Shown here piece by piece: positions 53,908 through 64,000 of a stretch of 64,000 nucleotides of DNA. Source of the stretch: Adineta vaga (lineage: Eukaryota; Animalia; Rotifera). The notes beneath the pieces are model-generated. The model saw only the letters and a list, made by a program, of their open reading frames with translations, was not told the DNA's origin and did not search any database. The position numbers and the translations under genes were made by a program. Position 1 is the stretch's first letter, and the number at the start of each line of letters is the position of its first letter. The stretch covers positions 11,470,001 through 11,534,000 of the forward strand of contig CP075494.1 of assembly GCA_021613535.1 (NCBI GenBank). Direction: 5' to 3'.

Positions 53908-55607
53908 AAATCATTCATTCTTTTCTGTATATTTCAAAGAAATAATGTTTAGATATATATATCTGTATTTTTCTCTTTATTCTTGTCTAATAAATATAAA
54001 ATATGTATTTATGAATTTTGAAGCAATCCTTCTGCACTTCATTAATTAGTTTGTACTCTCAACTTATATGAAAAGTACATGAATATTTTTGTTTAGTATT
54101 GACATCTATATTTCAATTAGTCTACAGCATTCTTTATATGATCGATGAGTGTCAATTCTTTGTCCCCCGAGATTCGATTCTGATCTTATATTGATGATAT
54201 TGTTACATGTTTGATTTTTATAGTTGTTGTTTTGAACGATTAAATGTATTCGTAATCAACGTATTTGGTTATTTATTCACACACTTCAATATGAATGATG
54301 TTACAGATTTTGTCTCATTTATTATTTACATCGCAACTTTCATCTTGTTCAACATTTATAACAACAATGCAAATGTGATTTGAAATGACATTAATGAAAT
54401 TTGTTGCACATGAATTGAGTGACGCATCAACATTTTTGGATTCATTTTGTTTTAGTTTATTAATTATTATTGTTGTTGTTGTTTTTATTTGTATGAGTAT
54501 ATTGCGTTTGATAATTAATGAAAATCTTATTCGAGTCAAATAAAAGTATTTAGAATGAATTGAAATGAAACGAGAATTATTAGTAATTGTCGGATCAGGT
54601 TTGATTAAACTCGAGTAGAACGATATTCGTTGGCGCAATCGGAATGTTATCATCCAATTGAACGTATTTCTGATAAAATCGATCAATTATTAGAAATACT
54701 TATTATTTATTCATAGTTATATGTGATACAAAAACACGATACATAATCAAATGTCCATTACCGTTTTCTTCTAATATTCATTTGTTAATGTTATTTGCAT
54801 GTGGATGCGATATCAATAAATAGAAAAAAAAGAATATCTTTCAACTTTATTGTCATCTTGATCAAATGTCAATTCGTCATATATCAACCATTAAATGATT
54901 AAGTTAGATTATCGAAGTCGATGACTTATAAGAGTGTCTGATGGCTACGTTAAATATGATTTCATAGTTGAGATTTCTAATTAGATTTTAAATAACTTTT
55001 ATAATCAAGAAAGAAGCCAAATATTTGTATGTTATTCTTACTAGTCTCTCGGTCTCTCTCTCCTTCTCCAATTCATCTTGGCAATGTTTTCAAGGTAATA
55101 CATGAATTCAACTATACTAATTGAAGAATAAGAAAACACAGCTACAAGTCGATTGATAATAATGAAATTTGACTGTTAATTATATGTAGTTCCAACGGAA
55201 TTTCGTTTTTCGTCTTGCATTTCATTTTCTTCCGTTTTTTATTCTTTCAAATAGAGTTTCAATGTATGCACAAACGAAACAGAATGAAGAACAGTACACT
55301 GTTTCGACTATTGCTTTGTCTATGTCAATTTGTGTAATCGAATATTGAACTGAAATTCTCTCTTCTCGTTTCTTTCTTTTCTCCTTTTTGCCATTCGATA
55401 CGATCGATAGTTGCATTATTGTCAATGCCATTCTTTTCTAATCGGTCTGTTTTACTTAGAATATGAAAATTTACTCTTTTATCGATGATGACGACGTAAC
55501 ATTAAGACAAAGTACAAGAATGTTCGTTTTTTTTTCATTTTTTCTTGAAATATTAAAAAACATAGATGATTACTGACAATCATCATTTCATCGTCTAGGA
55601 TTTCGTC

Positions 55608-58600
55608 ATGTCTGACTATACAAATCGATTGAATGATGATGTTGATGACGACGAAGAGGAAGAAGACGATGGTGAAAAACATTGGTATTATCCACGTACA
55701 TCATCACCACATTCGTCTCTAAGTGTTAATAATAGTTTTACCCATCAGTCATCATCGGCAACGATAGGCTCATGGGGCTTTGACATTAATCGTTCAACAA
55801 ACGGCCAGACACCGTCGTCGTCATCATTAACAACAAACAATAATAACAACAGTAATAGTGATCAACAAACAATGATGAGAACAACTACTAAAGACTATAG
55901 CGAACGTTTTGTTGATATACCATCCTCATCATCATTATCTATTCAAAATTCGAAAATACGTTCACCAACATTAACAAAGCAACGTGATGGAAATGAATTT
56001 GCTGCTATAGATCGTCTTGTTCTCGGACCTAACCGGATAACCAATGATTCATCGCAACAATTTGCAAACAATTCAAATAAAGAAATGAGACTTCAAGCAG
56101 AACAAGAATTAATTGCCTGGCAAAAACGAATGTTACAAAAGTTGTTCTTCTTTTTTCTTTTTTTTACCAATCATATCATTTAAAAAACATCTTCTCCTGT
56201 TCTCTTTTAGAGATCAACGAATTGATACTTCACCACCAAAATTTCCTAGTAAACGAAACGGAGTAAATCTCATCTTCATTATTCATCTATTCAAAGCTTA
56301 TTGCAATATTTTATTTAGAGTAATTCTTTTCATTCATCCAGTCGTCAAACAAGTAAATATAAGAAGAAAAAAAAAATTCTTAATGAATAAAAAAAAAGAA
56401 CTTCTTTCTTTAGCAACAATCAATCGACGAATACCTGCAATGTTAAATAAAAATGAAAATCAATACAACGAACATGATCATGTAAGTAATTTAGTTTTGC
56501 TTTCGTTCGATTTATCTTTGAAGTCATTAGCATGAAATCAGTATCAAATCAGCACGAGTAATTAAACGATATATGGAATTAGTTTATCATTTACAATCAT
56601 TTTATGAACGTATAACAGATCAATTATCTAATGGAAATTGTTTTTTGAAAACTAAGTAAGTTTATGAAAATTAATATTGAATATTTTCAGTTCAAATTCA
56701 ATTAGTCAATCATTATTTATCAATCATTGCCGAAAAATTATAGAACAATTACAAAAATTTAAACCTATATGGGATGAAAAATTAGTAGATTTACAAAAAC
56801 AATTGAAAGATTTTTCAACATTTCAATGGTCAACAGAAATAGATCAGGTTTAATAGTTTTAATAAAAAAAACAAATCATTCATTTGAGAAATAATTGATT
56901 CTATATAGACAACCTTTTTAAAACGTCGTTTAACTTTAATTAATTTATTACAAATGTTAAATAAAGAAAAAGAACTTGATAATACTGATCTATCGATTCG
57001 TGTGAGTTATTTTCAAGAGATATACTCATATTTCAAGATTTCATTCTAGACTGATATTGATCGAGTACTACATGACGATAAATTAGGTAAGTGATACTGA
57101 TTATTATAAAAATAGTTAATGTTTGTATGAATATTTTTGTATAGCTGTTCAACTACAGGATGAATTATCAACACTATTGCAACATCAGGTGTGTATTTTC
57201 CTTTGATTGATATTTGTTCAAAGATCAAGTCTATTCAAGGTCAAATTCTTAGTTGGAAAGAAAGAAAGAAAACGATATCATGAATTAGTCCTTTCTTTTA
57301 AATATTTGTCTATCTTTTTCTAGTGTTTATTAAATGATTTCACATCATTACTGCAATGGAATTCTCCTATCTATTCATCAAATGAACAGAATCGTGTCGA
57401 AACTATTCTACCAATCTTACGTGAACAAATGACTACAACTGATAGTTATATGACACATGTTAGTCAGGTAAACTAGACATTTACAAAAGATTCGCTCATC
57501 TATAAAAAATGTTGAATAGCAATTAACAGAATTAGTTACAGATTTACGTTCATCGGAGAAATATATTTTATCTTATACAAATACAATTCCATTAATCAAT
57601 GATGGTAATATATATATATATAGAAAATTTCCATCTTTGAATAATAATTTTATTAATCAGAATTAGTGCCTCCTCAACAGCCATTATCAAAGCATGATCA
57701 TTCGCGATCTTATGATAAAACTGATGTTAATCCAATACGAACACGAGTAAATTGAAGATTAGTTTTCTTTGTAAATAATATCTTCTGTTATTTAGGAATA
57801 TCGATTACAACAATCCCATCGTAGTAATTTATAAAATTTCATCTTCATTAAATTCAAACTTTCTTTTTTTTCTTCAAAAGATGAAAAGACAAATGACAAT
57901 TCATCGAGTAAAGATCTTCATTGATAATAATTTTAAACATTGTATTTCTTTTATTATGCAGAAATCCGTTCTACTTCCGTGCCTCGTCATGTGGTTTCTG
58001 ATAATTCCATTCCGAATTTAGTAAATAATATCAAACGAATACTTTGATTCGAGATATGTTTTCATTTGTTTATTGAAGGATCGCGATGATTTACGAATAT
58101 CAATAAATATAAATAATAGTAATAATAATGGCATATCTACACGTTTTGCAGCAGTAAAATCAGCTAAGCGTGAAATAAAAACTCCATCAAATGTCAAGGT
58201 CTGTAAAAAAGAAGGAAGATCTGATTTTTCTAATTTGTATTTTAGAGCATTTTGAAATCAAATTCTCAAATACAATCATCAAATGGAAGAAAAACAGAGT
58301 ATGATATTGATACGGAACTAGTTCAATCACATAGAATTTTTAATGATAATGAACGAAAAATATTTTCAAAACAAAAGTAATGCAGAATGATTTCTTCTAC
58401 ACATATCATTTCAATTTCTTTGTGGATCTTTTTTAGTATTCATGAATCAAGTGAGTTCAATCTAGCTGATAATGATATAAGATTTTCGTTTGATCGAAAA
58501 GGACTTAGTGAAAAACGACAGCACGTATGTCTTTTAAGTAATTCATTGCTCAATAATTCAATCTGTATTCATCTAGGCTTACAATTTACAATCGATGGTA

Positions 58601-58691
58601 GCCGATGGTACAAAAGAGAAAAGTCGTTTTGTTGCAGGTAAGTTGCTTTTCTAATTGATTGTCTAATATTTTTGTTTGTAAAGATTTATAA
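55608..58691 (+). CDS. Uncharacterised multi-exon protein (disordered ends, central helical/coiled-coil region)
   Basis: Long first exon MSDYTNRLND.., then many short exons with canonical splice sites and a final D-L-TAA at 58691. Not every exon phase was checked. Confidence 0.6.
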
Positions 58692-59444
58692 TAACGAACA
58701 CCGAGTGAGTGTACTAAAACAAATCGCTTATTTTTGCTTGTATATATCCTTTCCTTTATGTTTGATATAGTTATTTCTCTATTGAAATATTCAAACTTTC
58801 TTATGTTATTCATTTTTCTCATTTAGTCAAACAATATTCGAATAAATCCTACCAACAACTATTGTTTTACCCTAATGCATAATCAACAGTAGTAGTGATA
58901 ATATGACATATGCTACACATCTTTTATTCTTTTCTGTACGCAATTTTTTTCTCATGCTATTCTTCTTTGCTTGTATCACTATTTTTTATAATTTTGCGTG
59001 TTTGTATGATTATTATTGGCTTATAGAGTCGAGATTTCGTATTTTCTTTCCAAGCACAACATCATATGTCGAACAATTCGAAGAAAAATAAATAAATCAT
59101 GGCATAGAAATCACGTGTTTCACTTAGACAACTGCGAATATTATTTTGATATGAATACTAACTGTATTTGAATGCTTAAGATGAGATATCATAGAGTAAA
59201 TAAATGCAGAATCATTCAATATTATTTTTGATTTGTTAATCAAATAACTTGATGAAAAAATAGAAATTTTCATATCTATTGTACTGTTAAGTATAGAATG
59301 AATTAATTATATATTCAAACGGCAGAAATAACTATTTACAACGCAATTGCTTTTATTCACCAGGTATATTTGGTATATAAATTAGAAAAAAGTTCGTTTT
59401 CTTGATATATCAGAGCCATTTTTTTTATCGCAGAGTATTCACCA

Positions 59445-59831
59445 ATGATTCGTATACTGTCTAGTTTTTCGATTGCTATCTTATTCATGATAGTGATATC
59501 GTTTATGAATGCTGAGAAAATTTGTCCTGGTTACGGATTTGTGCCCCGACCAGAGAACTGTACATCAACATGTTCAGCAGACAATGATCAATGTATCAAA
59601 GGATTGAAATGTTGTTATCGTCCAACAGAACCATGTGGATATCATTGTATCGAACCTAAGACAAATATAACAAAACAAGGTAAATGTCCAACTGTCAAGG
59701 TTGACGATCCAATGTGGTATTTATGTGATGCACATTTATGTGATGTTGATTCGGATTGTCGTGGTAAACAAAAATGTTGTTCGAATATGTGTGGTGCAAA
59801 AATATGTACTGGTCCATTGTTAAATAAATAA
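59445..59831 (+). CDS. Secreted double WAP/four-disulfide-core protein, intronless
   Basis: Signal peptide and two 8-Cys domains (CP..C..TC..DQC..KCC..C..C; KQGKCP..C..CDVDSDCRGKQKCCSNMCGAKIC). TATATAAA at 59374. Confidence 0.88.
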   Translation: MIRILSSFSIAILFMIVISFMNAEKICPGYGFVPRPENCTSTCSADNDQCIKGLKCCYRPTEPCGYHCIEPKTNITKQGKCPTVKVDDPMWYLCDAHLCDVDSDCRGKQKCCSNMCGAKICTGPLLNK

Positions 59832-60028
59832 ACATTAAATTAAACTTATATTTAAAGACTTAACATAACTTTTCAAACGTTTTGTGTATTGAACATGATT
59901 TTTTTCAGATACATGTATATATATATATGTAGAAAGATTTGACGATATCAAATGAAAGCGTTATGTAAAATTTATTTGCTAAAATAAATTCAAATAAGAA
60001 CAAATATACAAAAGGTGGTATCATAGAA

Positions 60029-63000
60029 TTAAGCCATATTTTCAATTTCACCTAAAAGAATCAAATTAAAAAAAACACGGAAAATTACGATCATATTGAA
60101 ATGACTCTACATACGTGCAAGGGGCTTGAAACCAAGTGTTCGAATAACTTTCACTAAGGGTGAAAGATCTGTTCGTGTTTGATTTGAAGCCCATTGTTCT
60201 AAACATCGTAGACATCGTTCATGTTTTGATGGATAATATGTATCGATGCGGTCAATATCTTCATTTGATAATGATAATTCTCTTGCTAATTGTTTCCAGA
60301 TTCTTACACATTCATCACGTTGACAAATACGATTAAAAGGCGTTCGGAATACTTTTAATTGTTCTAAAAACAAAACAATAGTCTCTTTTCTTCTTCTCCT
60401 TCTCTTGTAATTTACCATCTTTAGACAAGGTCCGTTGTTCCAAACGTTTATCGTTGAGAATTGTTTGTAATTCTTGAACTAAATCTCTCCGTTTAATATT
60501 CATTAATCCGTGAGTTAATAATAATACTTTATCAGATGAACGTGGAACACGTTTAAACCATGTTAATAACATATAATATGGCGCATCATCATGAAAGTCA
60601 CGTTCAATTGCTTCAATACGCATACGAGTCATACCTAAACAACTTGCTAACCAACGCCATTCATCACCTACTAAACTTGCGGACATATCACGAAGGAGTG
60701 CTGATGTTAAAAGTCCTAAAATACAAGATACATGTAGTTCAGTCCTTTCCAATGAAAATTTTCTCTACCTTCTCCAGTAAATTTTGTTAATGTCTTTTCA
60801 ATTGTTTTGCGACTTTCTACAGATGGTTTAGGCAAATTCACAAGTATTTCTGTTAAACAAACATCTGTTTCTTGTCGATCTTGTTTGATCTAGAATGATA
60901 CGAAATTTATTGATTTTGTTTTGTTTTCAAAATGTGTATACCATATCGATCGATAGTTGTTTTTTCTTTTCGATCTCTCTCATTGAATGTCGAGGTGTTT
61001 TGTGTTTGGAATAGATTTCGAGATATCCATAGAAATAGGCAGATAAATGTTGAGAATATTTATCAATTTCAGATATATTTGTTTCAAAATAAAATGGAAA
61101 ATTTGTATTGAATGCAAATGGAATTGCTTGTTGCGTTTGATTGATTGGTAGAACATTACCACGAAAACGTAATTCTAATAATTGACCTTCTTGAAGAACG
61201 ATTTCTTTAGTTTGCTCACCGAAATTCGTATAATTTTCTTGTTGAATTTCATTACTAATCGTTTCTATTCGCTGACTTGAACAACAAACGAGACAAATTT
61301 CATTGGGACTTGTTAAACGATGACGAAGTATTAAAGTTGCTGAACGTTGATTCAATTTTTGTTCAAATAAATGTATTGCTGTTTGTAATTGTTTATTCGA
61401 CATGAGTTGTTTGTCGTATCGTACAATAATAATACGACTATAAAAGGATTGCATATCGATGTTAATAATATCAGGAACTTTCGTAGAAATACAACGAATA
61501 TTAGTATCGATATGCCAGATATTTTCATTGAAATTGGAATAGAGTAAAACAAGTCGTTCGTTACTTAAATCTATTGAAAAGGAAGAGAAAAAAATCCTTC
61601 TTTTCCGAGAAAAATCAAGAGACTTACCTTCACCAAGCATACTCTTAAAAATTAATTGTTGTTGCTGAGCAATGAATTCTTGTTGTGCTTCATGGGAAAT
61701 AATTCCTGTATCTGTTGTTGTTTCTATTGGCTTTGGCTGGATGATTTTCTTTTTCGGTTGAATTAATATGGGTAAAGTAAATTGAATAGGTTCTAATAAT
61801 GTCACATCATCAAATGTAAGTTCAATAATTGGACCAACAGCTAATAAACCTTGACATTCATGTCTATATTGTTCGCAGAACTGTGTAAATGTAGGTAAAT
61901 CAACAGGTTGAATGCAAGTTTGGATATGAAAATCAGTTTCCGAGACATTCTTTGGCCATTGAAATGTAAATCGTGCATCAGCAGTTGATAAATACTTACC
62001 AGATGATTGATTTTTTATGAGAATTCGATCACGTTTCAAACGTGAGACAACTGCGCATGCAGAAGAGTTGATTAATCTACATTCTACAAAATGTTTTTCC
62101 TACGACAGAATCAAAACAGAAAGATGTTATCAACTTTTTCTATTCTCTTTTTTCAAACTTTATGCGAATCAAAGACAGATTCATTTGTATCAATCGATGT
62201 CCATAAACCATTTGCTTGACGAATTTTAATAATATTTTCTCGATGTGGTGATCGTTTGATAATATAAGGAATAGCAACGATTAGAAATGATTGATTAGAT
62301 ACCTATAATTACAAGAAAATGAATGTAAGGAAATGAAAGTCATTGAAACATACAGTAGGATGGAATATCACTTTCAATGGTGTACTAATAAGTTCTTCTT
62401 GTCGATCAAGGAGATATTCTGTTTCTGATACAGATAAATATGTTATATCAATTGGAAGCGAGAAATCATCGGGTGAAGTTCGAATGATACAAGGAGGACT
62501 TTGATCAACATGCATAAATCTAAATATTACTCAATTAATTAATATTATTTCGATTGTGAATGCTTTCAAATACTTACTCGCGAATAGACCAATTTGCATA
62601 TTCATTTTCAATGATGGATTTATGTGCCATAGCTAATATACGTTCTTGTTGTTGTTGTAATTCCTACAAATAAACAGATGAATTCATTGTATAAACAATG
62701 GATTTTATCTATACTTTTAATCGTTGTCGTTCTTCTTCTAATTTCACACGTCTTTCCAATTCTGCAGCACGATTTCTTTCAATTTCCTGTTGTTTTATTT
62801 TCATTTCTAATGCTTGTTGTGCTAATTCATCTTCTGCAAGTTTTTCAATTTCAGTTGCTCTACTCAATATCATTCTTGCTTCCTGTTGAAGTTGTATCGC
62901 TGCTGCACGGCATTCTAATGTTTCTGCATTCAAAGCCATAAGTTTCGCTCGTATTTCAAGATCATCACCTACACAATCCATTTAATACTAATCAATTTAA

Positions 63001-63303
63001 AACAATAATGAATCAAAATCATATACCTGTTTGTTCTTTTTGTTTCTGTTGCAATTGCATTTTTTGTTCAACATTTGCTCGTAGAATTTCATTGATATCC
63101 GCTAATGAAATTTCAAATTGTTGTAATTGATTTAAAATGTGTTGTTGAAATTTTTCCGTTTCTTTCAATGAATCTCGGGATATATTAAGAATTGAATTCA
63201 ATCTTTTCGTATCGTATTCATGTGAATGATCAATTTGTCTTAGATCAATTATTTCACGACGTAGATCACCTAATGATTGGTCGAGTTTTGTTATTGAAAC
63301 CAT
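60029..63303 (-). CDS. DTHD1: DTHD1-like protein: coiled coil, ZU5/UPA-like region, two death domains
   Basis: Long coiled coil, EELISTPL..LIVAIPY, LAVGPIIEL, LQEGQLLELRFRGNV, then death domains EWRWLASCLGMTRMRIEAIE and WKQLARELSLSNEDIDRI. Confidence 0.72.
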
Positions 63304-63736
63304 CTTTCTTCACTTGTTATTTCTAATAAACTAAATAACAAGAAAGAAAAGAAATCAAGAATTTTTTTTTCTCATCATGTCATACTCGAAATAATATACA
63401 TATGCAATCAAATGAAGTGGAGAAGTTATTGAAAGCATAAGAATGTCAGTGACGACGGCATATATATGTAATTTGCCTATTGTTTTGTGTAACGGAAGCA
63501 AAAAATCGATTGTGTTTTTTTTTCTTGTCACTAAAAGAAGAAAAAAAAATGTCTGATAGTGTTGTTCTTTTATTTTCTTATTCTGTTCGATTTACAATGC
63601 TTGATATACCGTTGCCAAGATAATCTTACGAACAAAGAAATTTAAGAAATAACTTTATTAGTTTTTAATGAAAATTCAATAATGAAATCAAATATTTATT
63701 TATTATGTCTTCTGAAAAATATAACTCGATAAAAGC

Positions 63737-63757
63737 ACACACACACACACACACACA
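63737..63757. repeat. (CA)n microsatellite
   Basis: About ten CA units. Confidence 0.9.
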
Positions 63758-64000
63758 AAGTCATCAGAGAACATCACGTTGTGAATCGAATAATTTCGGA
63801 ATTTGAAAGAAAAGAGCGATTGTACCAATGAATGTAACAGAAAGAAAAATAAATAATTGAATACGATCTATGACAAGGGAAATATATTTCCAATCATTGA
63901 AAATCTTTGAAAGAGAAAAAAAAACAAGTTGAAAATAATGATTATTTTTTATGTCTTACTTGCATTTCTTCGGTATTGGCCGCGATTTTTTTCGATATAT

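Noticed and set aside
54315-54686. 123-aa minus-strand ORF
   Set aside because: Non-ATG start, low-complexity AT-rich translation, no motif or exon partners.

Overview
AT-rich, gene-dense animal genomic DNA with many ~50-70 nt GT-AG introns. It looks most like a bdelloid rotifer, but this is inference from style and gene content and cannot be proven here. Left to right: CK1 delta/epsilon (partial), a C2H2 zinc-finger gene, TAF13-DNAJC25, and a five-member head-to-tail actin array (two near-identical copies, two divergent intact copies with altered nucleotide-site residues, one collapsed pseudogene). An intact intron-containing pogo/Tigger transposon sits in a decayed P-like element between the twin actins. 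Next come YIPF1-OLA1-YIPF5, a SAXO3-like gene, otopetrin, a tail-anchored RING protein, PKA-C with candidate alternative first exons, DPH7, and a degenerate ZIP paired with a ZIP8/14-like gene. A 7.3-kb block of TE and gene debris (MULE, gypsy 3' end, hAT MITE, foldback, GPCR relics) is flanked by a direct duplication that includes the PDS5 5' end. The window ends with full PDS5, an orphan multi-exon gene, a double-WAP protein and a DTHD1-like gene. The most notable signals are operon-like clusters with unpaired splice acceptors just before the ATGs (candidate SL trans-spliced polycistrons), the diversifying actin array, and the pseudo-ZIP/ZIP pair. All calls come from manual reading; no database searches were run.
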